DNA from: a virus
Taxonomy: Duplodnaviria > Caudoviricetes
IMG/VR virus record: IMGVR_UViG_3300049141_000026
Span: 1 to 33,528 of that record
Strand: one strand, 5' to 3'
DNA length: 33,528 nt
Shown here piece by piece: positions 6,696-15,794 of the stretch. The notes under the pieces are model-generated. The model worked only from the letters and a program-made list of their open reading frames with translations. It was not told the origin of the DNA and made no database searches. A program made the position numbers and the translations under genes. Within the stretch, counting starts at the first letter, position 1. Every line of letters begins with the position of its first letter.

Positions 6696-8611
6696 GACGT
6701 GATCACATCCGCGATGGTCCGCAGCTCCACCCACAGGACTCCGCCTGTGGAGCTGTCGTTGGCGTTCGGTGAGGTCTTCTGCTCGAAGCGGTAGTCATCG
6801 ATGACCACCAGATATGACGTGCCGCTGCGCAGGTTCTGGAGGGTGACCGCGTCACCCCGGGCGAAGTGCTGCTCGAACGCCTCCAGGCGGGCCAGGGAGC
6901 GCCCTTCCCGGCCGACCGTCTGGCCGGAGCGGTCCTTCTCCCGGTCGAAGCAGAGCAGCGGCAGCGTGAAGATCCGCTGACGGATGGCGCCCGGCATGGC
7001 CTTGAGCTGCCAGCCGTTGACCTCACCGCCCTGGGTGGTGTCGGTGCTGGAGCGGGTGAGCGAGATCTTGAGCTGTACCCACTCGACCGCGGTCGTGGGC
7101 GCGGTCATGACCACGTCCTCGATGGCCAGGGACGAGCCCTGGGAGACGGTGATGATGGAGGTGTCGGCCCCTCCGGGGTCGATGGCGGAGACGGCCACGG
7201 AGCCCATGAGGCTCCCGGGTGTCTTCACGCTGATGAACTTGTAGATCTTCTTCTCCAGGGTGTTGTAGCGCACCCTGCCCGTCTTCAGGTAGCCGCTCGA
7301 CTCCTTGACCGTGGCGGACTCCAGATAGGAGCCCTGGCCCACCACCGCCAGGACCATGCGGTTCGAGGTGCCGAAGTTCGTCACCGCGCAGACCTCGCCA
7401 GTGACGTGTGCCTGGAGGTCCGTGGCGTACGCGTACCGCACCGACGGGGTCACCCCGTTGTCCTGGATCGGCTGGCCCAGGTCCACCCGGTACAGGCCGC
7501 TGGAGCCGTCGATGGCGTTCGTCGCCCCGACGAAGAAGAACCGGTCATAGGCGGCCACGGCCTTGACGCCGTTGCTGTTCTCGATGAGCAGCGGGCCGTA
7601 CCTGAGGTCGCCGTTGTCATCGATCTCGCCGACGCGGAAGCCGCGGGAGGTGCCGATGCCGACGAAGGCGCCGAGATAGGTCGTCATCGAGTAGACGACC
7701 TCTCCGCGGGGGAGCTGGGCGGCGAGGACGCCGCCGCTCGCCAGGGTGGGCACGTTGCCGCTCGTGTCCAGCACGAACTTGTAGATGTCCGACTGGCTGC
7801 CGGCGTAGCCGGATGCGTAGATGGCGTTGGTGCCCTCGGCGATGTCCGTCCAGACCCACGCCGAGTTGAGGTGCGTGAACTTGGCGACCGGCAGGGCCGG
7901 GCCGCCTACGGCCAGCTCGTACACCGACGCACCGATGCCCGCCATCAGGCGGCCCTTGGCCCAGCGCACCACGGTGTTGGCAGAGCCGGTGTTCCACAGC
8001 AGCGCTCCGGCGCCGTTGCCGGCGCCGCGGTAGATGCCGACGTTGTCGGCGGCGTAGTAGTTCGTGCCGTCGCTCGTCAGGCTCCTGATGGTGTTGGCGC
8101 CGCCCCACGTGATGGTGGTGGTGGCGCTGCCTGTGTCGGACTTGAGCACGTTGCCGACCGCGGACCAGTAGCGGTCCGTGCCGTCGTTCCAGCCCACCAG
8201 GTGGTGCTTGTCCGCGGTGCCGTCGGCGATGCGCTGGGAGGTCTCGCGGAGCAGGGTGAGCTGGCCGTTCACCCACGGGTTCACGCCCACGGACTCGCCG
8301 AAGCGGATGGCGTACTGGTTGTCGGAGGCCGGGTCCTGGTAGAGGAGCCCGGCCCCGCCGATGAAGGACTGCTGCGAGCGTAGCCACCATCCGGCCAGCG
8401 ACTGCTCGCCGGGGATCTGCTGCTGGTCGATCTGCTCCTTGCGGACCGGGGCTCCGCCCCGGGTCATCACGTGCTCGTTGTCAACCTTCAGCAGCCACGG
8501 CATGCCCGCCAGGGCAACGTCGTACTGCACGCCATCCAGGGCGTAGCTGGAGGACGTGGTGGCCGTGCGCCCCGACAGGGCGAAGGGCAGGCGGGAGACG
8601 ATGCCAGCCAC
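6692..8611 (-). CDS. tail nozzle / tail tubular protein B-like (beta-propeller)
   Basis: 639 aa, beta-rich repeats; sits after the adaptor and fibre in podovirus gene order. Confidence 0.6.
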   Translation of the reverse strand: MAGIVSRLPFALSGRTATTSSSYALDGVQYDVALAGMPWLLKVDNEHVMTRGGAPVRKEQIDQQQIPGEQSLAGWWLRSQQSFIGGAGLLYQDPASDNQYAIRFGESVGVNPWVNGQLTLLRETSQRIADGTADKHHLVGWNDGTDRYWSAVGNVLKSDTGSATTTITWGGANTIRSLTSDGTNYYAADNVGIYRGAGNGAGALLWNTGSANTVVRWAKGRLMAGIGASVYELAVGGPALPVAKFTHLNSAWVWTDIAEGTNAIYASGYAGSQSDIYKFVLDTSGNVPTLASGGVLAAQLPRGEVVYSMTTYLGAFVGIGTSRGFRVGEIDDNGDLRYGPLLIENSNGVKAVAAYDRFFFVGATNAIDGSSGLYRVDLGQPIQDNGVTPSVRYAYATDLQAHVTGEVCAVTNFGTSNRMVLAVVGQGSYLESATVKESSGYLKTGRVRYNTLEKKIYKFISVKTPGSLMGSVAVSAIDPGGADTSIITVSQGSSLAIEDVVMTAPTTAVEWVQLKISLTRSSTDTTQGGEVNGWQLKAMPGAIRQRIFTLPLLCFDREKDRSGQTVGREGRSLARLEAFEQHFARGDAVTLQNLRSGTSYLVVIDDYRFEQKTSPNANDSSTGGVLWVELRTIADVITS

Positions 8612-8615
8612 AGGC

Positions 8616-9812
8616 TTACTCCTCTACCGCGACCCAGTCGCACGTGATGGCCAGGGTGCGGCTGGCGCCGCCCGTGTCGTTGCAGCGCAGCGTCATGCCG
8701 CTGGCCGTCACCGCGCTGGCGCGGACGATGAGCGCCGACGAGCCGGCCGGCAGGCTCGTGAGCGTGGCCACGACCTTGGGTGCGGCGGAGAAGCGGCTGG
8801 CGGGGAAGGAGACGGCGACGTCCACCTGGGACGTGGCGCTGAAGTTGAAGGTGGTCGAGCCGGTGGCGAAGGCCGGGACGTTGGCGGCCGTTAGATCGCC
8901 CGTGACCACGAGATTCTGCGCCACGTGCAGGTTGTCGTCCGTCTTGAGCGTGTTCGCCGCACTGCGGTACAGGTTGGTGTCCAGGGTGAACGACGAGCCG
9001 TCGCCCCAGGCTATGGTGCCGTTGGCTTCCAGCAGGTACCTGATGCCGGCGTCGCCGGAAACGCGGGTCTGGAGCACGTCGTCCCCGGCCGCGGACCGGG
9101 TGAAGCGCAGGGCGTCCTCCGTGCCCAGGACGCTGGCCGCCTCGCGGTACAGGATCGTGTCGGCCGCGGCATTGCCCGGCCCCCACTGGAGCTGGCCATC
9201 GGCGCGCACCTGGAGGCGCGGCGTGGAGTCGCCGGAAATTCGGTGGCTGGAGGCCACCGTGGCGGCAGCAGCGCCCTGGAAGACGGGGTTGCCGGTGAAG
9301 ACCGGCGCCCCGGTGAAGTTCCAGGCGCCGGAGGTGGTGCCCGCGCCGCTGAAGGTCGGCGTGCCGGAGAAGGTGCCCGCCATGCTGCCGCCGTTGGCGT
9401 ACGCGGCGTTGTTGATCGTCGGGCTGGTGAGCGTCTTGTTCGTGAGCGTCTGCGTCATGGTGGCGCCCACCAGGTCGCCCGTGACGCCGTGCACACCCGA
9501 GGCGGCAGCCTCATGCGTGCGAAAGTCCGTCGCGTCGCCAGCGTGGTACACGTGGCGCACCACGGCGCCCAGGCTGTGGCTCTGGGCGCTGGTGCCGCTG
9601 TGCCCTCGCGTGACGGTGAGCGTGGTACCCGCCGCCGCGGTGACCACGACCAGCTCCTCTGTGGCGCCGCCGTAGTCGAGCGCCAGCACGTACGGGAAGG
9701 ACCCGGGAAACCCGGTGGTGGCGCCCACGCCGATGGAGGTAGCGCCGGCAGAGACGGACCCCGACAGGGTCGTCTGCTGGGCCAGGTTCGAGTAGAAGTA
9801 TGCGTTCGCCAC
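8616..9812 (-). CDS. tail fibre/spike protein
   Basis: Gly/Ala/Thr-rich, with TQTLTNKTLTSP, two repeats of WG.G....DT.LYR and a C-terminal lectin-like beta domain. Confidence 0.7.
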   Translation of the reverse strand: MANAYFYSNLAQQTTLSGSVSAGATSIGVGATTGFPGSFPYVLALDYGGATEELVVVTAAAGTTLTVTRGHSGTSAQSHSLGAVVRHVYHAGDATDFRTHEAAASGVHGVTGDLVGATMTQTLTNKTLTSPTINNAAYANGGSMAGTFSGTPTFSGAGTTSGAWNFTGAPVFTGNPVFQGAAAATVASSHRISGDSTPRLQVRADGQLQWGPGNAAADTILYREAASVLGTEDALRFTRSAAGDDVLQTRVSGDAGIRYLLEANGTIAWGDGSSFTLDTNLYRSAANTLKTDDNLHVAQNLVVTGDLTAANVPAFATGSTTFNFSATSQVDVAVSFPASRFSAAPKVVATLTSLPAGSSALIVRASAVTASGMTLRCNDTGGASRTLAITCDWVAVEE

Positions 9813-9814
9813 GG

Positions 9815-10723
9815 TCAGCTCCCCTGGAAGGTGGCGTAGTTCGGCGTCTCGGCGAACTGCCTGTCACGCTCGCGCTGGAGCCCTTCGGCGTACAGCGCCG
9901 CGTAGGTCTGCACGGCCTGCTGGACGTCCCGCGTGGACACGAGCTGGGCCCGCTCCGTGGACTCCACGGAGGACTGCTGGAGGCGTGCGGAGAGCACGCC
10001 GGGCAGGAGTCGCTTGCAGGCGTCCCAGACGACCAGATCGGCCACCCGCTCGGGGTAGCCGGTGACCGTCTCGAAGTCGTCGCTGCCGGCGGACAGGGTG
10101 GCCGGCGGCTTGGTGTAGACGACCCTGATGTTCTGTCCGGGCGTGACGCCGTCGAAAAGCTGGATGGACTTACCCGTGGGGAAGTCGGAGGTGTACGCCT
10201 GCGGGTTGTACCGCCAGTTGGGCATGGGTGCGGAGACCTTCTCCGGGCCGACCCAGCGGCCCACCACGTACCAGACGCCCCGCGCCGCCGCGGGCAGCGG
10301 GTACTCGACCTGGGCGGCGTTGTACGCGAAGTCCGTCGTGGCGAAGATCTCCAGCGACGGGTACAGGCCCGTGATGGCGTCGTTGATGCGGTCCTTGATG
10401 GTCTGCCGTGGGAAGGCCGGCGCGCTCGTGACGAGAGCGTTCGCAGCGTGACTCGTGGCCGTGGTGCCCTCGCGGCCACGTCCGTTGGTCAGGCCCAGGA
10501 CAGCCACCTGCCCGCTGGTCATGTCCACCGACTTGACCAGGATCAGCTCGTCATCGATCTCGCACAGACCCCGGGAGACCCGCTCCGCCGTGGCGGTGTC
10601 CACGGTGAAAGACGTGTCATCCGCGTCCATGGGAGCTGCCAGCTCGGACATGGACTCCTGGTCCAGCGTGAAGCCGCGCAGCTCCTGCCGGACCCGCGTA
10701 ACGAGCTGATCGAAGGTCGGCAT
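9815..10723 (-). CDS. head-tail adaptor / tail tubular protein A-like
   Basis: 302 aa downstream of the capsid, with INDAI...LYP and VVYTKPP patterns. The call rests on synteny. Confidence 0.55.
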   Translation of the reverse strand: MPTFDQLVTRVRQELRGFTLDQESMSELAAPMDADDTSFTVDTATAERVSRGLCEIDDELILVKSVDMTSGQVAVLGLTNGRGREGTTATSHAANALVTSAPAFPRQTIKDRINDAITGLYPSLEIFATTDFAYNAAQVEYPLPAAARGVWYVVGRWVGPEKVSAPMPNWRYNPQAYTSDFPTGKSIQLFDGVTPGQNIRVVYTKPPATLSAGSDDFETVTGYPERVADLVVWDACKRLLPGVLSARLQQSSVESTERAQLVSTRDVQQAVQTYAALYAEGLQRERDRQFAETPNYATFQGS

Positions 10724-10724
10724 G

Positions 10725-11009
10725 TCAGGACGCCTCGGGCATGGGTGCGGCGGCGGAGAAGTCGTGCCCGTAGGCGGCCCCGGCCTGCTCGCTGGCCTTC
10801 AGAGCCGCCATGACCTTGGGCCGGGTGGTCCCGTCGGGCTGAATGCCCTGCGCCCGTGCGGAGCGGTACAGGGCCAGGTCGCTGTCCCAGCGCTTCTGCT
10901 CGGTGGCGTCACCGCCGCCGATGCCGCAGTAGGCGACGCGCATGTTGGCCGCGCGGGCGCACTCGCCCCACGTGGCGTGGTCCTGCGTCGGGCAGCCGGT
11001 GCGGCACAT
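10725..11009 (-). CDS. conserved-looking hypothetical virion-region protein (CRTGCPTQDHATWGEC)
   Basis: 94-aa ORF tightly packed in the operon. Confidence 0.7.
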   Translation of the reverse strand: MCRTGCPTQDHATWGECARAANMRVAYCGIGGGDATEQKRWDSDLALYRSARAQGIQPDGTTRPKVMAALKASEQAGAAYGHDFSAAAPMPEAS

Positions 11010-11140
11010 CAGTGCAGCTCCCCATCCTGCGCACCCTCGGTGCGCACCGGGATCTGCACGCAGTGGTCCAGGCAGTCCTGCTCGTTGCCGTTGGTAATGG
11101 TGCTGTTGCCGCCCTGGGTGGTCGGCTGGCAGTTGTCCAT
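11009..11140 (-). CDS. small hypothetical protein (MDNCQPTTQGGNSTITNGNEQ...), not in the ORF track
   Basis: 43 aa, GAGGG RBS, TGATG coupling to the next gene. Confidence 0.55.
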   Translation of the reverse strand: MDNCQPTTQGGNSTITNGNEQDCLDHCVQIPVRTEGAQDGELH

Positions 11141-11147
11141 GTCGCCC

Positions 11148-11420
11148 TCACAAGGCGGTGAAGTTGGCTTCCGTGACGCTGACGCCGCCCGCTATCAGGG
11201 CGGCCTTGGTGTCGTCGTCCACGACGTACTCATGGCCGCCGATGTACGCGACCGTTGCCGCTGCGATCTCGTCCTCAGTCGGGTAGCGCACCGCGACATA
11301 CGTGCCGCTGCGGTTGAAGATGGTGATCCCGCGAGCGAGCTTGTAGAACCGCATGAGCCTGCTGCCCGGGACGGCCGGACCCTCATCAACCGATGGGGTC
11401 CGGAACGTCCACTCAGCCAT
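11148..11420 (-). CDS. hypothetical virion-associated protein
   Basis: 90 aa immediately after the major capsid gene. Confidence 0.7.
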   Translation of the reverse strand: MAEWTFRTPSVDEGPAVPGSRLMRFYKLARGITIFNRSGTYVAVRYPTEDEIAAATVAYIGGHEYVVDDDTKAALIAGGVSVTEANFTAL

Positions 11421-11421
11421 C

Positions 11422-12396
11422 TCAGCTGGAGTTAATCGAGGACGACGTCTCGGCGCGGATCAGCGCCTCGTTGCGGTAGATCTTCCAGCCGCCCATGCCG
11501 TACCAGCCGAGCGGACGGAAGCGCCCGAGCTTGTCCACGATGGGACCCGCGACGACGTGGAACTCCTCGGCGATGGCCTCCGCCAGCGCCTCCTGGCCCG
11601 CGTAGTACGTGCGGAACCGGCGGACGGTGTTGTCACCGGTACCGGCGTCCACCGCGTTGTAGCAGCGGGGGCTCTCGACGTAAAAGGCGCCCTCGTACTG
11701 GCCGATCTCGCCGGCCCAGATGTTGCCGGCTGCCGAGTAGTTGTGCGGGTCGCGCCAGGCGGCAGCGCCGGTCTCGGCGCGGAGGTCGTGGGAGACCTCC
11801 GGGTGGATCGCAGCCCAGAACAGGTTGCCCCGGATCGGCACCGCCTTGTTGGCGCGGAGCTTGGCCACGGCCAGGCGAGCGATGGCAGAGGTGTACGTGT
11901 CGGTGGCCGTCATGGTCGTGCCCACCGGGGAGGAGACGGTGCCGCTGGTGACGTACGAGACGTTGCCGGCCTTGCGCTGGATGACGTGGGTGCCGGAGCG
12001 CATCTCCGTCTGCACGACGACGTCCATCGAGTCGGCCGCGTTGTACGCGATCATGTTCGCGATGGCCGGGTCCACGTCGGTCAGCGAGACCAGGTGGAGC
12101 TTCCTGGTCCGCAGGACCACGTTGCCGTACTCGTTGATCGTCAGCGTGACCGTGTTCGGGTTGCCCAGGGCCACCGAGTCGGGGTCGGTGGTCTCCGTGA
12201 GCGCCGTGGTAGCGGTCGCCAGGTCGGAGTACTTCTCCAGGACGATCGACTGACCGGGAGCGGTCAGGTTGTGCGGTCGCTTGGTGGCGACGGCGCGGAA
12301 CATCGGCTGCGATCGCAGCGCGAAGCCGAAGGTCTTGTCATACGCGGTCTGTACCGCGTTGGACATTGCACTGGTGTCGGTGTACGCGTTGGCCAT
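11422..12396 (-). CDS. major capsid protein (HK97 fold, N4-gp56-like)
   Basis: 324 aa with TINEYGN, AAIHPEVSHDL, GEIGQYEG and DKLGRFRPLGWYG motifs; follows the scaffold gene. Confidence 0.85.
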   Translation of the reverse strand: MANAYTDTSAMSNAVQTAYDKTFGFALRSQPMFRAVATKRPHNLTAPGQSIVLEKYSDLATATTALTETTDPDSVALGNPNTVTLTINEYGNVVLRTRKLHLVSLTDVDPAIANMIAYNAADSMDVVVQTEMRSGTHVIQRKAGNVSYVTSGTVSSPVGTTMTATDTYTSAIARLAVAKLRANKAVPIRGNLFWAAIHPEVSHDLRAETGAAAWRDPHNYSAAGNIWAGEIGQYEGAFYVESPRCYNAVDAGTGDNTVRRFRTYYAGQEALAEAIAEEFHVVAGPIVDKLGRFRPLGWYGMGGWKIYRNEALIRAETSSSINSS

Positions 12397-12453
12397 GGCC
12401 TCTCACCCCCCGCTGATGCGGGCGTTGAAGTGACGGGGAGAGGTCAGGAGGTC

Positions 12454-12981
12454 TTAGCCCCAGGTGAACTGGGAGCCGTGCGCACGCATGATCTGGGCGA
12501 ACTCCTCGGGAGTCTTCGCGGCGTCCAGCGCCGCAGCAATCTCCTTGTCCGAGCCCTGGGGCGGGGCGACGTTCTGCGTGCCCTGCTCCATCATTCGCTG
12601 CATCTGCTCCTGACCTTCAGCCGGAACGGTGGAGGCCGGCGGCCCGGAAGGGGCCAGCTCGCCCTGCTGCTCGCCCTCGGGGGCGAGACGGGCCAGAGCG
12701 CCGCCATTGGCGGTCAGCCAGTCGTCCAGCTTGTCGGGCGTGCCCGTGTACAGCCCTGCGGCTGCCGGGGCGTAGCCCTTGGCCTTGAGCGCGTTCGCAA
12801 CCTCGTCCTTGACCTGCTGGGCCTTCAGGCGCTCGTTCTCCGCCTTCAGCTCCTGTACCTGGCTGGAGAGCTTGTCCAGTCCCTCGCGGAACCACTTGGG
12901 TCCCTGACTGGCGCCTGCCTCACCCAGGTCCGACTCGAAGTCGGGGGTGTCATTGCCGAAGCTGTACTCGCTCATTGCCAT
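12454..12981 (-). CDS. capsid scaffolding protein
   Basis: Acidic N-terminus, a coiled coil (LSSQVQELKAENERLKA) and position directly upstream of the capsid gene. Confidence 0.7.
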   Translation of the reverse strand: MAMSEYSFGNDTPDFESDLGEAGASQGPKWFREGLDKLSSQVQELKAENERLKAQQVKDEVANALKAKGYAPAAAGLYTGTPDKLDDWLTANGGALARLAPEGEQQGELAPSGPPASTVPAEGQEQMQRMMEQGTQNVAPPQGSDKEIAAALDAAKTPEEFAQIMRAHGSQFTWG

Positions 12982-13079
12982 CTCCCATTCGCTTCGCGGC
13001 CTGCTCCTCCCCCGGGGCGGGGATTCGCGCTCCGCTACCGGCCTTATCCGAGGACGGGGCCGGTCGGTCCGTCGGCGCG

Positions 13080-13108
13080 GGAATGTACATGCGCTAGCAG
13101 AAAAGTGC
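13080..13108 (-). promoter_or_regulatory. putative late promoter, scaffold/capsid copy
   Basis: The minus strand reads GCACTTTT-N10-ATGTACATTCC, the same layout as the copy upstream of the portal. Confidence 0.6.
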
Positions 13109-13130
13109 TATCACTATTGCTAGCGGGCAG

Positions 13131-13159
13131 CACAAAGCCCCCGGCGAGAACCAGGGGCT
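13131..13159 (-). terminator. rho-independent terminator after the ejection-protein genes and tRNA-like element
   Basis: The minus strand reads AGCCCCTGG-TTCTCG-CCGGGGGCT-TTGTG. Confidence 0.6.
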
Positions 13160-13171
13160 AGGGCGATCAAA

Positions 13172-13293
13172 GCAAGGGCGGTCCGGATTCGAACCGGTCT
13201 AGTCGCGCCGAAGACAGCGCGCCCAGCGTGTTGGCGACTGCGCACCTCACCCGGTCACGCCTGGATACTGATACCGGGACTCCGCGCCCTTGC
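13172..13293 (-). ncRNA. tRNA-like structured RNA (non-canonical)
   Basis: Terminal stem GCAAGGGCG/CGCCCTTGC, T-arm CCGG-TTCGAAT-CCGG adjacent to the 3' strand, and an oversized interior. Confidence 0.5.
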
Positions 13294-13295
13294 CG

Positions 13296-14453
13296 CTACG
13301 TCTGACGATACCCCGCAGAAAGACCCTGCGTGGAGCTGCCGCGACCTCCGGCGAAGGCCGCCCGCTCCTGGGACTTGAGGCGCTTGGACTTCTCGAAGGC
13401 GTTCTCCGAGCCCCAGACCTTGCTGTCTGCGCCGGGCTTGAAAACTTCCGCCTCCGCCTCGCGCTGCGTCCAGGTCGTGCCATAGCGCTTCGCCAGGCCC
13501 AGCATGCCCTCGAAGCTGTCAGCGATGCGGCCGTACGCCGCCTCGGCCTCCTGCGAGGTGATGCCCAGGGAGGCGTACGACTCAAAGTCCAGGACGGACA
13601 TGCCGAAGCCGCGCCGCAGTGCCGCGGCGCCGATGGCCGCCGCTGCGGCCTGCTTGCGCAGCACCGGCTCCGCGCGCTTGCGGTCCAGGAAGTACGCGGT
13701 CATCTCGTGCTCGCCGATGCCATACATCTGGAACAGGGCGCCGCGATAGCTCGGGTCGACCTTGTTCACGGCCTCGGCGGCCATGTCCACGCGGCTCTTG
13801 ATCTCAGCCGGGGAGACGTCCCCGGCGATCCACCGCTGGAAGTCCGCAGGGTTGTCGTAGAACCCCTTGGGCATTCCCGCGCTGTCCAAGATCTGGCGGT
13901 ACGACGCCTCGGCGGACAGGTACTCCGCCGGGCTCAGCACCGGCAGGCCGGCCTTCTTGCGCATCTCGTTGGCGGCGAAGCGCTCCTTGTACTCCTTGGT
14001 GTCCTGGAGCAGCATGCCGATCGTCTCGGCGCCGTAGCCCTGCTTCACGTACTCGAAGATCTTGCCGGCCAGGGAGTCGAGCCCGTACTGGCCGAAAATC
14101 CCCTTCAGGGCCAAGAAGGCGTCCCGGTTGTCGCCGGCAAGGAGCTTGTCGTACTCGCCCTTGGCCTCATAGGCCAGGTTCTGAGCACGGCCAACGTCGA
14201 CCTTCGCCGTCTCCAGCGTCTTGCGGGTGACGTTCAGCCGGCGCTGGATCTCCAAGCGTCGCTTCGGCGAAAGCGTGCCCTGCTTGAGCTGCGCCTCGAA
14301 GTTGCGTATGGCGATTTCAGCGTTGGCGATCTTGCGCTGGTGGCGTGCCACGTCGGACTCACGCCGGTTGATCTCAGCCTGGTTGAGCTGCCCCGGCATG
14401 GGCAGGTCCAGCTCGTCCTGGAACTCCTCGGGGATGTACTGCGGTGTCGTCAT
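13296..14453 (-). CDS. internal virion (ejection) protein, hypothetical
   Basis: 385 aa, helical, last gene of the block between portal and scaffold. Confidence 0.6.
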   Translation of the reverse strand: MTTPQYIPEEFQDELDLPMPGQLNQAEINRRESDVARHQRKIANAEIAIRNFEAQLKQGTLSPKRRLEIQRRLNVTRKTLETAKVDVGRAQNLAYEAKGEYDKLLAGDNRDAFLALKGIFGQYGLDSLAGKIFEYVKQGYGAETIGMLLQDTKEYKERFAANEMRKKAGLPVLSPAEYLSAEASYRQILDSAGMPKGFYDNPADFQRWIAGDVSPAEIKSRVDMAAEAVNKVDPSYRGALFQMYGIGEHEMTAYFLDRKRAEPVLRKQAAAAAIGAAALRRGFGMSVLDFESYASLGITSQEAEAAYGRIADSFEGMLGLAKRYGTTWTQREAEAEVFKPGADSKVWGSENAFEKSKRLKSQERAAFAGGRGSSTQGLSAGYRQT

Positions 14454-15793
14454 CAGTAGGCCAATCCGAAGTCACGGGCGACCTGACGAGCGACGCTCAT
14501 CATGCTCTCCCGGGCGTTGTTGGTCTTCCGCCACAGCGGGTCATTCCGCAGCTCGTTCTCGAACTGCCACAGCGGCATCTGGGCGCCGCTGCCCTTGGGC
14601 TGGTCCAGCCCCGGCTTCGCCGTCATCGCCTTGGCGACGTGCGGATTGAACAGGTCCACGTCGCTCTGCGGCAACTCCAGGATGGTGGCCGCCGACTGGA
14701 TGTAGGGGGCGGCCAGGTCGAGCACGTTCATGCCCGCCTTGATCTGCTCCGCGTACGCGCTGTACTGCGCGGCAGCGGTCTTGCGGATGTACGCCTCCAG
14801 CGTCTCTACGGTCGACTTGCCCGCGATGACGGAGCGCGTGTTGTTCTTCATCCAGGTCGTGGAGAACTTCATGCCGTTGAGGTACGTCAGCTCGTGGAGC
14901 TTGTCCCAGACCTCGCCGGCCTCGCCGCCGACGAAGTCGCCGTTGAGATCAACGCGGGCGCCGAACCAGTCCTTGATGCGCTGGTCGCTCCAGCCCATCG
15001 CCAGCGAGTAGTAGATGGCGCTGTCCAGCAGCTTCGTGGGGAAACTGCCCGGCTTAAGCTGGTTGCCCAGGCCGATCTGGACAGCGATGGCGTTGAGCTT
15101 GTGGGCCGCTTCTTTGCGGTTCTGCGTCCACGTCGCCGGGTCGGTGAACTTGAGCGTGATGTACTTGCGGAGCGTCGCGCTCTGCGTCGACCACCACTTG
15201 GTGTTCTTCAGCTTGGACTGGAACTTGGCGGCGCTCCAGGAGCCCGATACGGCTTGCTTGAACAGGCTCTTCAGCTCCGCCGAGCTGTTGATGAGCGCGG
15301 CCGACAGGCCGTACTGCTCCGCCAGCTCGTCATTGTCCAGCCGCGGCGTCACCGAGCCCCCGCCCGCGTAAGCGGCGCCCGTACCTCCGCCACCCGTGAC
15401 GCTGCCCGTGCCGGTGTACGTGCCGGCCCGGCTCATCACCGAGTCCACGTAGCCCTTGATGGAGGGCCCGCCCGGCTGCGCCCGGGTCGAGTTGTGCAGG
15501 TTCGGGTTGCCGCTGTACCAGGCGCTCGCGGCGCCGCGGTAGCCGTACTTCTTGACGTAGCCGCCCAGCACACCCCGCACGACGGCATCCTGCGCCGCGT
15601 TGTTCCGCAGGAACTCCTGGGGCGTCAGTCGCCTGCCGTAGTACTTGGCGGTCCACGGGCCCACGTTGGCGCCCATGACCTGATAGCGCCCGTAGGCGCG
15701 GTCTCCGCCCACCCAGACGCCGACGGCACGATAGTTGCCGCCGGACTCCTGCTGTGTCAGCGCCCACAGGAACGCCTCGAAGGTGATCGCCAT
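14453..15793 (-). CDS. virion protein with N-terminal lysozyme-like/lytic transglycosylase domain
   Basis: QQESGGNY...AYGRYQVM...AWYSG SLT-like motifs, a Gly/Thr linker and a C-terminal domain paralogous to 15795-17084. Confidence 0.75.
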   Translation of the reverse strand: MAITFEAFLWALTQQESGGNYRAVGVWVGGDRAYGRYQVMGANVGPWTAKYYGRRLTPQEFLRNNAAQDAVVRGVLGGYVKKYGYRGAASAWYSGNPNLHNSTRAQPGGPSIKGYVDSVMSRAGTYTGTGSVTGGGGTGAAYAGGGSVTPRLDNDELAEQYGLSAALINSSAELKSLFKQAVSGSWSAAKFQSKLKNTKWWSTQSATLRKYITLKFTDPATWTQNRKEAAHKLNAIAVQIGLGNQLKPGSFPTKLLDSAIYYSLAMGWSDQRIKDWFGARVDLNGDFVGGEAGEVWDKLHELTYLNGMKFSTTWMKNNTRSVIAGKSTVETLEAYIRKTAAAQYSAYAEQIKAGMNVLDLAAPYIQSAATILELPQSDVDLFNPHVAKAMTAKPGLDQPKGSGAQMPLWQFENELRNDPLWRKTNNARESMMSVARQVARDFGLAY

Positions 15794-15794
15794 G

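Noticed and set aside
13172-13293. Canonical tRNA gene
   Set aside because: It is too long and has no assignable D-arm or anticodon arm, so it is reported only as tRNA-like.
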